The notes beneath the pieces were generated by a model. That model was not told where the DNA came from and ran no database searches. It was given only the letters and a program-made list of their open reading frames with translations. This document shows positions 45,990 through 55,510 of a DNA stretch of 64,000 bases, in pieces. Where the stretch lies: IMG/VR virus record IMGVR_UViG_3300021185_003494, positions 256 to 64,255 of that record. One strand, given 5' to 3'. Origin of the DNA: a virus. A program made the position numbers and the translations under genes. Positions within the stretch are counted from its first letter, which is position 1. Every line of letters begins with the position of its first letter.

Positions 45990-47643
45990 TCTATACTTTA
46001 TACAACTACCTTTATCGAGAAGCATGGCCTGTTTGCCCCAAGCTATAGGCACTATTTGGGGATATTGCGAGCAGTTTAAAGAAGTTACTGATAGATATCA
46101 GTTGGCAGGTGTCTTGTGGAAAGACGATATTGAAATAGTAAATCCTAAGGTTATAGCAGCAAGTTGTTACATGTGGAATTGGAAAGAAACATATGACTTG
46201 CTAAAAAAGATTAAAAAAGAATATCCCGAATGTATTATTATAGTAGGTGGTCCAGATCCAAAATACACAAGTGAATGGTGTCGAGAGCATCCAGAAGTAG
46301 ATGCAGTGATTGCTTACTATGGCGAAGAAACAATGCGTAAAATACTTACTAGTGATAGTTTAAATTTGCCAGGTATTGTTACTAAAGACTTTAATAATGC
46401 ACTTGAAGCAGAATATGCAGATCCTAAATTGATACCCAGTCCTTATTTAAATGGATTTTTTGACAAGCTGTTGGAAGGGAATAAACAGAAAATACGTGTT
46501 GTGTTTGAAGGTAATAGAGGATGCCCTTATAGTTGTAGTTTTTGTGATATAGGACATAAAAAGTATCAAAAGATACAAATGTTTGACACAGATAGATGTT
46601 TAGCAGAATTAAAATGGATATGCGATAATAATGTAAGAGCTGTAGATGTTGCAGATAGTAATTTTGGTATATTTCCAAGAGACGAAAAATTGGTTGACTT
46701 TATTGTAGATCAAAAAATGCAAGGAAACTTTGATGGCAGTTTCATGCCCACATGGGCAAAAACTCACGGAGAGCAAATTATTAAACTTGCTAAAAAATTA
46801 CAAGAAAGCGGAGTTGATGAAATATTTGGATTTAGTTTACAAAGCACTAATCCAGAAACACTAGACAATGTAAAACGTAAAAATACATATGATATCAATG
46901 GATTTATTCCCATAATAAAAGACATGTCAGATAATAATTTAAGTAGCTATACTGAATTAATATTTCCTATGCCTGGCGATACTTTATTGAATTTTAAGAA
47001 CGGATTACATGAAATATTAGATATGCCAGCCCCTTTCCAGATGATGCAAATTAATACTTTAAGTAGATTGAGTAATACAGAGTTTAATACAGGATTTAAA
47101 ACTTTAACTTGGGCAAATATTAAAGGTACAGCAAAGCCTTACGATAACGATGTTATAGATGAAATATGTGTATCAACAGATACACTTACAAAAGAAGAAG
47201 TATTTGAAGGACTTTTTTATTCTAGATCATTTGTAATTCCAATGTATTGGTATGGATTAGCAACATATATGCTTAATGAAAACTATACACTGCATTCTAA
47301 TAGAAGTGAACTAATTATAGATATGTATAATAAACTTTTTGATATTCCTAAATTTAAACAGCTTAAAAGTGAAATGAAAGATCATTATTTTAAAAGTATT
47401 GACAAATACGACCATATAGGATATAGTATAATTAATAATTTGACTGAGTATTATACAGACACAGCATATAGTCATTTATACTATGTGCAAAATAATATAT
47501 ATGATGTATTAACAGAGATGTATCCTGAATATGGTTATATTACTGGCCAAAATAAAAAAGATATGAAATGTATTGATAATTTGGAAGACTGGCTACAGGA
47601 TATACATGTAAGAGGACGATTTACTAGGGCATGGAAAAATTAA
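45982..47643 (+). CDS. Cobalamin-binding radical SAM enzyme 2
   Basis: LPQAIGTIW, SCYMWN, IIVGGP, EGNRGCPYSCSFC, VADSNFG, ELIFPMPG. Confidence 0.92.
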   Translation: MDNLYFIQLPLSRSMACLPQAIGTIWGYCEQFKEVTDRYQLAGVLWKDDIEIVNPKVIAASCYMWNWKETYDLLKKIKKEYPECIIIVGGPDPKYTSEWCREHPEVDAVIAYYGEETMRKILTSDSLNLPGIVTKDFNNALEAEYADPKLIPSPYLNGFFDKLLEGNKQKIRVVFEGNRGCPYSCSFCDIGHKKYQKIQMFDTDRCLAELKWICDNNVRAVDVADSNFGIFPRDEKLVDFIVDQKMQGNFDGSFMPTWAKTHGEQIIKLAKKLQESGVDEIFGFSLQSTNPETLDNVKRKNTYDINGFIPIIKDMSDNNLSSYTELIFPMPGDTLLNFKNGLHEILDMPAPFQMMQINTLSRLSNTEFNTGFKTLTWANIKGTAKPYDNDVIDEICVSTDTLTKEEVFEGLFYSRSFVIPMYWYGLATYMLNENYTLHSNRSELIIDMYNKLFDIPKFKQLKSEMKDHYFKSIDKYDHIGYSIINNLTEYYTDTAYSHLYYVQNNIYDVLTEMYPEYGYITGQNKKDMKCIDNLEDWLQDIHVRGRFTRAWKN

Positions 47644-47879
47644 CTTTTAATAAAAAATATTATTTTAATAAATACAAATAGAGAAGAGTTTATCTGATAA
47701 ACTTTGGCTCGGACAAAACATTTTACGTCTTAGACGGAATAGAACCTGTCCCAATTACATCTAGAAGTGCTTTTAAAGCACACACAGTTATACCTTTAGT
47801 TTAAGGATAGAATGTGTATTTTCCAAACAATTGAGACAACAAATGGGTATAGACCATTTAGAAAGGTACTATTACGAAA

Positions 47880-48797
47880 ATGTATAAAAATCCACTTAAT
47901 AAATTAGTATGGGATAAAGTGCAGGAAATGTTTGGTTGGAACATTGCGCCAGAATCTCCCATTAACCAACTTCCATTTACACAGGAGTTTATAGCTGCCT
48001 GTGAACAAGAATTTAGTATGCAAGTCAGAGATACACATTATCCAATACACTTGTATAAAGTAAGTCATTGGCAAAATTTGACAATGGAGGACTTTGTAAA
48101 AGAAATAGATAAACAGTATCAGCATAATTATTTTGTTGGAGAAAATGGAACAAGTACTACAGGTGTAGTTGGTGAAATAAAAGATATAAATGATAAACCC
48201 ATTGCAAATAAATGGAATATACGAGGACAAGCACTTGTAGATAGATTGCAGGCTATGCAGGCTGATAATCCTGACCTCACTATATTGGATATGGGTTGCG
48301 GTGTTAATGAATACAAAAAGTATCTTAACAATGTGACAGGTGTAGATCCATATAGAGAGGAGGCAGACATACTTGCCAAGCAAAGTGACTTTGATCCTCA
48401 AGGACAGACATGGGATGTAATTATATGCTTTGGTCCAATGAATTGGTATACGTATGATGAGCAATATCGTAATATGGCAAAGCTAAAGGAATGTTTAGCA
48501 CCCAATGGGCTATTATTATGGAGTCACAACCATAACTATTATAAACTATTTCAGCCAGATGCAGAACATGCACACACATGGCTTCATGGAGACTTATCTG
48601 ATGCACAACGTAATAGTGCTTTCTTTTTTGTAGATAGAGATTGGAAATATACTTGGTACTTTAATAATACAGAACACAGTATGTCAACATTAGCTAAACA
48701 TGTAGGACTTAAAGTATCTAAAATAGATTATGATCATTGTAATCTATACAGGCCTCCTATGTGGAGATTATTTGTGGAGATGACTCATGAAGAATAG
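47880..48797 (+). CDS. Class I SAM methyltransferase with N-terminal ACP-like domain
   Basis: ILDMGCG, VTGVD, WDVIIC, LAPNGLL; N-terminal 80 aa resemble an ACP helical pattern. Confidence 0.75.
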   Translation: MYKNPLNKLVWDKVQEMFGWNIAPESPINQLPFTQEFIAACEQEFSMQVRDTHYPIHLYKVSHWQNLTMEDFVKEIDKQYQHNYFVGENGTSTTGVVGEIKDINDKPIANKWNIRGQALVDRLQAMQADNPDLTILDMGCGVNEYKKYLNNVTGVDPYREEADILAKQSDFDPQGQTWDVIICFGPMNWYTYDEQYRNMAKLKECLAPNGLLLWSHNHNYYKLFQPDAEHAHTWLHGDLSDAQRNSAFFFVDRDWKYTWYFNNTEHSMSTLAKHVGLKVSKIDYDHCNLYRPPMWRLFVEMTHEE

Positions 48798-49455
48798 ATG
48801 GGATGTTACAGTAGAAACAAGTAACTATGATTTTAATCCTTTTAGAGAAAGTGATCATGGTAGTGGATTCAGAACTGTAGCAAATATATACGAAGACTGG
48901 ACAGAAGAAGTAAAAACAGCTCGTAGTAAAGAGTATGATTTTTACTGGCCGTCACCAGTAGCACCTGACGGCGATCATTTTAGTTATGATTATGAAGAAT
49001 TGTTGTGTAAAGATTGGGGTATACCAGAAGACCATGTGATTTATAGACAGTGGACAACTGATGAAACAACACCAATATTAAACAGCCTAGCTGACAAAGT
49101 AGGGCTTGCTGATGCACAAATAAATATACAGACACAATATACAGGTATGATGTTACATTTACATATAGACAGCTTGACAGGTCTACGTAAAGAAAGATCA
49201 GATAATGCTGCAAGTAGAGCAACAGATGTAGAATGGGGGAGAGTGTTCGTAATGTTAGACGAATGGGCTCCAGGACATATTATTCAGTTTGGTAATACTT
49301 ATGTACATCCTTGGAAAAAAGGGGATGTAATTTGGTTTGACTGGTCAAACATACCTCATAGTACAGTAAACACAGGCCCTTGGCCAAGAAGTTTAGCTAA
49401 AGTTACTGGCAAAGTAACAGAAAAATACAAAGAATTTGTACAAGCAAGCCTCTAA
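48787..49455 (+). CDS. 2OG-Fe(II) oxygenase-like protein
   Basis: LHLHID, WKKGDV, PHSTVN, R. Confidence 0.75.
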   Translation: MKNRWDVTVETSNYDFNPFRESDHGSGFRTVANIYEDWTEEVKTARSKEYDFYWPSPVAPDGDHFSYDYEELLCKDWGIPEDHVIYRQWTTDETTPILNSLADKVGLADAQINIQTQYTGMMLHLHIDSLTGLRKERSDNAASRATDVEWGRVFVMLDEWAPGHIIQFGNTYVHPWKKGDVIWFDWSNIPHSTVNTGPWPRSLAKVTGKVTEKYKEFVQASL

Positions 49456-49515
49456 ATTAAACAGGTGTATTACACCGCCTTTAGGCACATAAAAATCTCA
49501 ATAAGGAAATAGAAA

Positions 49516-50493
49516 ATGAGAAAATTATTATCAGTCGCTCTAGCGACTATAACACTATCTTTTGCGACTACTGCACAAGCAGCAGATTGCGAAATCGTAA
49601 TTTCAGAACCCAACTGGAGTTCAGGACAATTTATGGCATACTTAGATAAGTTTGTAGCAGAAACAGTATATGGCTGTGAAGCAGAACTAATGCCAGCGGC
49701 AAGTATTGCAATTGCAACAAGTATGACAGAAAAAGGTACACCACATATCGCGGGTGAATTTATTAGCGTTAGTGTAGGCGATGTAGTAGACCAAGCAATT
49801 GCAGAAGGTCGTATTCTTGTGGCAAATGCTGACCCATATCAGGGCGGCGCACAAGAAGGATTTTATGTAAGTAAAAGTGTGCTAGACGCAAACCCAGAAA
49901 TTAAAACAGTAGAAGATCTATTGGAGCATCCAGAGTTAGTAGGAAACAAAGTATTCACATGCCCAGGTGGTTGGGGATGTAATGCAACAATGACAAATAA
50001 CTTACTTGCATTAGATGTAAAGTCAAAAGGTTTTGAACTAATTGTTCCAGGCTCAGGTGCAGCATTTGACGCAAGTATTGCAAATGCAGATGCACGTGGA
50101 CATGGCTGGTTTGGTTTTTATTGGGCGCCAGCAGGTATGCTTAGTAAGTTTGGTCTTGTGCCATTGCCAACTACAGCAGGTTATGCTGGTGACGAATATT
50201 GGAACTCATGTGCAACAGATGTAGATTGTGCCAATCCACAAGTTTCAGATTTTCCAAAACCAACTATCCGATCTCTAATGGCACCAGGTTTTGCAGCAGA
50301 CAATACTGCAATGGTATCATACCTAGCAAAGCGTGATTTTAGTATTGATGAAATCAATGCACAGCTTATTGATATGGAAGCACAACAATCGACAGCTGAA
50401 GAAGCAGTAGAAGACTTTTTTCGTAATAATGAAGAAATTTGGACAGACTGGTTTACAGCAGAAGAAGTAGCAACAATTAAAGCTGCTCTTTAA
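49516..50493 (+). CDS. proX: Glycine betaine/proline-type ABC transporter substrate-binding protein
   Basis: Signal peptide; NWSS, CPGGWGC, FYWAP, W-rich C-terminus. Confidence 0.85.
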   Translation: MRKLLSVALATITLSFATTAQAADCEIVISEPNWSSGQFMAYLDKFVAETVYGCEAELMPAASIAIATSMTEKGTPHIAGEFISVSVGDVVDQAIAEGRILVANADPYQGGAQEGFYVSKSVLDANPEIKTVEDLLEHPELVGNKVFTCPGGWGCNATMTNNLLALDVKSKGFELIVPGSGAAFDASIANADARGHGWFGFYWAPAGMLSKFGLVPLPTTAGYAGDEYWNSCATDVDCANPQVSDFPKPTIRSLMAPGFAADNTAMVSYLAKRDFSIDEINAQLIDMEAQQSTAEEAVEDFFRNNEEIWTDWFTAEEVATIKAAL

Positions 50494-50495
50494 AT

Positions 50496-51389
50496 ATGGA
50501 AAGTGAGTTTTTAGAAGAGTTTCCTAGCCTAGATAAAAGTATTCTTAAATTAATTAGGCGTACATTAGATAGCAACTTTTTTGAGTTTAGTAGAAACTAT
50601 GGGGAATTAATTGAAAACTCACTTTATCCATTTCAATTTCTAATTGATGTAAGCGAGGCATTCTTTGTAGACATGCCATGGATAGTTGTACTATCCACGC
50701 TTACATTAATTTGTTTTTACACTACAAAACATTTTAAGTTTACTCTTACATTTACAGCAATACTATTGTTTATAGGTTTGTTTGGTATGTGGGAATCTGC
50801 AATGATTACACTTAGTATTGTAATTATAAGTGTTTGCATTTGTGTTATAATTGGTATACCTGTTGGTATATGGATGTCACAACACAAAAGAGTACGATCA
50901 TTTATACTTCCAATACTAGACTTTATGCAAGCTATACCTAGCTTTGTGTATCTAATTCCTATTATTATGCTTATTGGTATTGGAGATCTACCAGGCCTGA
51001 TTGCTATATGTGTTTACGCTATTCCTCCTATTATAAGATTTACTGATCTTGGTATAAGAGAAGTAGATAATGGTATGATAGAAGCAGCAAAAGCTCTGGG
51101 TATGAAGCCGTGGGCTACTATGGTAAAGATACAAATACCTTTAGCATACACAAATATATTTGCAGGATTGAATCAGACTATTATGATGGCACTAGGTATG
51201 GTAGTAATTGCAAGTATGATTGGTTTGCAAGGTTTAGGAGCAAACGTACTAACAGCAATAACCCAACAGCGATTAACTATTGGGCTATTAAATGGTTTAG
51301 CAATTGTATTCCTTGCAATAATATTGGACAGATTGACACAATACTGGTGTGCTAGATTGCAACTGTGGAAACAGGTTAGTAATAAGTAA
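50496..51389 (+). CDS. proW: Glycine betaine/proline-type ABC permease
   Basis: PILDFMQAIPSFVYLIP, PPIIRFTDLGIR, EAAKALG (EAA loop), NQTIMMAL. Confidence 0.93.
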   Translation: MESEFLEEFPSLDKSILKLIRRTLDSNFFEFSRNYGELIENSLYPFQFLIDVSEAFFVDMPWIVVLSTLTLICFYTTKHFKFTLTFTAILLFIGLFGMWESAMITLSIVIISVCICVIIGIPVGIWMSQHKRVRSFILPILDFMQAIPSFVYLIPIIMLIGIGDLPGLIAICVYAIPPIIRFTDLGIREVDNGMIEAAKALGMKPWATMVKIQIPLAYTNIFAGLNQTIMMALGMVVIASMIGLQGLGANVLTAITQQRLTIGLLNGLAIVFLAIILDRLTQYWCARLQLWKQVSNK

Positions 51390-52698
51390 TACAGTTTTGT
51401 AATATTCTATTAGCTTCGCTGTAATTTTTAAAAAGCTCTGTTTCGTTCTCTCCGATAATGTCAAAGTTTACATTAAATTGTTTGTTTTGCAAATTCTGCC
51501 ATTCAGGTATTTTAGCATCAACCTCTAATCCTACGTTTTGTGCGTTAAAATAAGGTTTAATTATATCTAGATTGCCAAGTGATTTAATTTTACCAGGCTT
51601 CAGTAATGCACATCCCCAAAGAAGTTTATTTTTAATAGCAATAGGTTCTTGATTAACAAAGTTAGTAATAATTTCATTATTGTTTACACTATCTAATATG
51701 TTTACAAACTGTCCTGGTCGTGGATTAAAATCAATGCCAATAATTTTTCCATCTAGAGTTTGATGAAAATCTGGTCCTGCAAAAAACAAATCTTTGATTT
51801 TTAAAGAGTCTACTATAGTTTGTATATATTTGTATGATAAATCTTGTAGCTCTTGTGCTACTTCTTCTTTACCTACAACCCATACTGCACGTTCTCTTGT
51901 AATATCACTTGTTTCGCTTACACTATGGCTTTCAATTGGATCACTATTGGGATCTACAACATCACCATATTTAATTTTGCTATTTTTTACAAAAAACTCA
52001 ATCACAACTTTTCCGTCTTTCACATAACCCATAGGGCATAGTGTAGGACTATAACTCCAATGATATTCTTGAAACATAATACGGCAAGTTTTGTAGTTAA
52101 ATTTTTGTAAATGTATACCTTTTTTATTAAGATCAAAGAAGTCATTATGAGATCCTTTGTCTTTTAAATGTTTTAAAAAGTGATGTCTATTGTTCCAGCG
52201 TCTATACTCTATACTAGGTGCGTTATTATCATCTCCTGGATAAAAAACGTTACTACCAGTGCCAATATCGGGCTTACTAAATATTTGCTTGTTCTTAAAC
52301 ACTCCCAAGCTACTATGATTTCTAGGTGTAATGCTGGCAGGAGTATATTGTGATAATCCTATTTCTCTTAAAAAGTCATCAAACTTTTGCTTGTTACTTA
52401 ATACTTCAGCAGCGAACGGACTGATATTATTAATACCATAATAACTTTCCAACTGAGATTGTAGTGGCAACAAGTTTTCACTTACACACAAAATTTTATC
52501 TGCTTTTGGTATCTGCTTAGTAATATCTACCACATCTAAACATTTGCTTACTATTAAGTGACGTGCATCACTAACATATGTTTTGGTTTGATTGGGATTG
52601 CTATCTACAACCAGATATGCATTCTCATTCTTATATGCACTAAGTAACCCCTGTGCTTTATTTAAACTTCGTTCGTGTGATATAATAATTATATTCAT
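51376..52698 (-). CDS. ATP-grasp enzyme
   Basis: LSNKQKFDDFL, KPDIGTGS, FQEY, IDFNPRPG. Confidence 0.75.
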   Translation of the reverse strand: MNIIIISHERSLNKAQGLLSAYKNENAYLVVDSNPNQTKTYVSDARHLIVSKCLDVVDITKQIPKADKILCVSENLLPLQSQLESYYGINNISPFAAEVLSNKQKFDDFLREIGLSQYTPASITPRNHSSLGVFKNKQIFSKPDIGTGSNVFYPGDDNNAPSIEYRRWNNRHHFLKHLKDKGSHNDFFDLNKKGIHLQKFNYKTCRIMFQEYHWSYSPTLCPMGYVKDGKVVIEFFVKNSKIKYGDVVDPNSDPIESHSVSETSDITRERAVWVVGKEEVAQELQDLSYKYIQTIVDSLKIKDLFFAGPDFHQTLDGKIIGIDFNPRPGQFVNILDSVNNNEIITNFVNQEPIAIKNKLLWGCALLKPGKIKSLGNLDIIKPYFNAQNVGLEVDAKIPEWQNLQNKQFNVNFDIIGENETELFKNYSEANRILQNCITYY

Positions 52699-53456
52699 AT
52701 ATTGGCAATTTCCTCAAATATATATTCTAGACATATTGTACTATATTCTGGATTAGATTGCAATCTTATTTTTTCATTATAATATCCAGGAAATAATAGT
52801 GCAAATGCGTAATGGTTTGGTCTAAGTGTGTTTAATTGGTCACTTGACAAAATACGTTGAGTTGTGTTATATTTTGTTATTAGTATTTCTCTATCTTTAT
52901 TACTTAGCATAAAGCCATGATAACAATTAGGGACATTATATTCTTTAGGAGGTTTAGCACACATGCCCTTGAACGTTTGGTAACTGGTGCACCAAGTATC
53001 ATTTGTTGGTAAAAATACTGTTGTATTGCTATAGTCTTGATCTATAAGTTCTTGGGTAACGCCCAATACACCAGGATAAAAGCAATAGTTTTTTATAAAC
53101 TTTTGTGCATGATATAAACCATAGTATCCACCTAAACTACATCCAATATGGATATAGTTTTCATATTTAGGTAGCTCAATATCAAACATTTGCGGATACG
53201 TGCAGCTATGTTTATCCATAAAAGGACCATGATCTATCCATCCTAGTGATTCAATATTATATTTTGTAAAGTAATCTAATATAGCGACATTATAACCTTT
53301 GAGTAAAAATTCATGTGCGATATTATTTTCAGCACTACCTACCCCACCACTACCATGACTTATCACAACCAATGTGTCAGGATCCCTGCACCAAAAAGGA
53401 ATAAATAATTTTATGTCATCCCGTATTACAGACTTTGAAATAATGTTATTAAACAT
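52695..53456 (-). CDS. Dienelactone-hydrolase-like alpha/beta hydrolase
   Basis: VVISHGSGG, GCSLGG nucleophile elbow, FYPG, YHGF; start set at 53456. Confidence 0.75.
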   Translation of the reverse strand: MFNNIISKSVIRDDIKLFIPFWCRDPDTLVVISHGSGGVGSAENNIAHEFLLKGYNVAILDYFTKYNIESLGWIDHGPFMDKHSCTYPQMFDIELPKYENYIHIGCSLGGYYGLYHAQKFIKNYCFYPGVLGVTQELIDQDYSNTTVFLPTNDTWCTSYQTFKGMCAKPPKEYNVPNCYHGFMLSNKDREILITKYNTTQRILSSDQLNTLRPNHYAFALLFPGYYNEKIRLQSNPEYSTICLEYIFEEIANI

Positions 53457-53967
53457 TGACAATCTTCCTAACGAATTTTTTGACTTTTGTAACGCATGTA
53501 AACAAGAAGGCCTTGTTAATAATGTAAGCAAAGATGCTATGAAAATTGGCAAGTGGGGGGAAGAAGCCTGGTGGTGTACCTGGCATAATGGTATTATTAT
53601 CAGTATAAGCGGATGCCATGCTTGGCCTGAATATGGTCCTGACGCATGGAGATTGATGGTCCGTACTGCTACTCTTAAAGAATATAGAGGACGGGCACCA
53701 GGAAGTCTGCGTTTGATGCATAATGATTTTAATTGGGGGCATATTCTTTCCTATCAAGTTGATTATGCGGCACGTAATGGTGCCAAAAAAATGTATTTTA
53801 CTACTAATAGTGACTCTGATGGCGATACCAATAGTTTGAGAACAAACAGGGCTATTGCAAAGACTTTTGAACCAAACGGGTTAGCTAAATTAGTAGAAAA
53901 AAATGCTACGGTATTTTATACTAAACAAAATGTTTGGCGTATTATGAATTCTGGATGGGATCAATAG
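53413..53967 (+). CDS. GNAT-like acetyltransferase
   Basis: ISISGC, RTATLKEYRG motif A, AARNGAKKMY; AATAAATA 5 nt upstream. Confidence 0.6.
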   Translation: MSSRITDFEIMLLNIDNLPNEFFDFCNACKQEGLVNNVSKDAMKIGKWGEEAWWCTWHNGIIISISGCHAWPEYGPDAWRLMVRTATLKEYRGRAPGSLRLMHNDFNWGHILSYQVDYAARNGAKKMYFTTNSDSDGDTNSLRTNRAIAKTFEPNGLAKLVEKNATVFYTKQNVWRIMNSGWDQ

Positions 53968-54505
53968 ATAACGTATTAATATTTAAATCTGTCGGTTGAT
54001 CCAAAATCCATTTTATATACTTTGCAGCAGTCTCTAAAGGTATAGTTGTTCTATCTTCATGTTTATGTTGTTTATTACTCAATGTTCCAAAACTAATATG
54101 TGAGACTTTAGGTGCATTTTGCCAATTTCCTATTATACCGAGTCCATTAGACATTTCATTTAATGCAAGTTTTTCATAATGATATAGATTAGACTTTCCT
54201 CGTCTAACAGTATCAGTAGTACTACCTAAGTTTATAATGCGTTTGTCTGCTTGCTTTTGTTCTGCCCAACGATGCCATACAGTATGTAATAGCATGCTTT
54301 GTTTAAAATGGAAGTTAGCATACATATTAATAAAAACATCGTAATTATCGCTCAGTTTAGAAATCCATTTAATGCATCCAGGATCTTCAAAGTCATATCC
54401 ATTTTCTCTACTAGCAGTAAAGACTTCATGTCCTTCATCTTCTAGCAATGGTACTAAATATCCTGTTAAGTCTTTTTCACGGTTTCCTGTTATCAAAATC
54501 TTCAT
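53942..54505 (-). CDS. Short-chain dehydrogenase/reductase-like protein
   Basis: KILITG, DVFIN, IINLGS, YHYEK (YxxxK). Confidence 0.8.
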   Translation of the reverse strand: MKILITGNREKDLTGYLVPLLEDEGHEVFTASRENGYDFEDPGCIKWISKLSDNYDVFINMYANFHFKQSMLLHTVWHRWAEQKQADKRIINLGSTTDTVRRGKSNLYHYEKLALNEMSNGLGIIGNWQNAPKVSHISFGTLSNKQHKHEDRTTIPLETAAKYIKWILDQPTDLNINTLSIDPIQNS

Positions 54506-54510
54506 AATGG

Positions 54511-54524
54511 TATTTATATAAATA
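54511..54524. promoter_or_regulatory. Back-to-back late promoters (palindrome TATTTATATAAATA)
   Basis: TATAAATA on both strands, serving the SDR (-) and radical SAM (+) genes. Confidence 0.7.
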
Positions 54525-54547
54525 ATAGTAGCTTTTAATTAATCATC

Positions 54548-55510
54548 ATGTACAACCAAATAGATATAATAGAATTTGATATAAACACAACATGTAATGC
54601 CTTTTGCCCGTCATGTGCAAGGCATGTGGTATATGATAACGAACTTATGCGAAATCCATTTGTAAAATTTAATGAAAGTCTGCCCAAAGAGATTATAGAA
54701 AAGGTTATGCAATGTGAACTATTGTCTGAAGATGTGGGAATAGACTTTGTAGGATTATTGGGAGAACCAGTAGCACACAATGATATACTTGAAATAATAG
54801 ACATAGTATTTCATTACAGACCTAATGCATTTATAAATTTACACACAAACGGAGGTCTTAGGACTAAAAATTTCTTTAAAGAATTAGCTAGTAAATTCCC
54901 CAAGCACAATGAAAGCATTGTGAAGTTCAGTATAGATGGTCTAAAAGATACCAATCATCTGTATAGGCGTGGAGTCATATGGGAAAAAGTTATGGAAAAT
55001 ATTAAAACATTTGTGGATGCAGGAGGCAAAGCACAGTGGAAATATATAATTTTTCCTTGGAATGAGCACCAGGTGCAAGAAGCCAAACAACTTAGTAAAG
55101 AAATAGGACTATCAAAATTTAAAACAACAACAGATAGGTCTCCAAAAGATACTGCTAAATATATTAAAGCAGCAGATGTAAACTATAGCACCAAGCAACC
55201 TATTATGGAAGTGCAAAATGTTTACTCAACCATACAACGAAAAATTAACGATAGATGCTTTAGTAGAAAAAGTATATATGTTAATGTAAGTGGACACGTA
55301 GTTCCGTGTTGTATGATAAATGGCGGGCTTGTAGATTCTAGATTTTTGGAAGAAACAAAAAATTTTATATACAATGAACAGTACAATTGGAATAATCTAG
55401 AAAACTACTCTTTAGCAGATATAATGAATAATAGTTGGTGGCAATCATTATATCAAAGTTTCAGTGACCAACCTTGTACTGTATGTAATTTTTCGTGTGG
55501 AGTAAATTAA
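54548..55510 (+). CDS. Radical SAM protein with SPASM/twitch domain
   Basis: CNAFCPSC, LLGEP, HTNGG, FSIDG, VVPCCM, CTVCNFSC. Confidence 0.9.
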   Translation: MYNQIDIIEFDINTTCNAFCPSCARHVVYDNELMRNPFVKFNESLPKEIIEKVMQCELLSEDVGIDFVGLLGEPVAHNDILEIIDIVFHYRPNAFINLHTNGGLRTKNFFKELASKFPKHNESIVKFSIDGLKDTNHLYRRGVIWEKVMENIKTFVDAGGKAQWKYIIFPWNEHQVQEAKQLSKEIGLSKFKTTTDRSPKDTAKYIKAADVNYSTKQPIMEVQNVYSTIQRKINDRCFSRKSIYVNVSGHVVPCCMINGGLVDSRFLEETKNFIYNEQYNWNNLENYSLADIMNNSWWQSLYQSFSDQPCTVCNFSCGVN

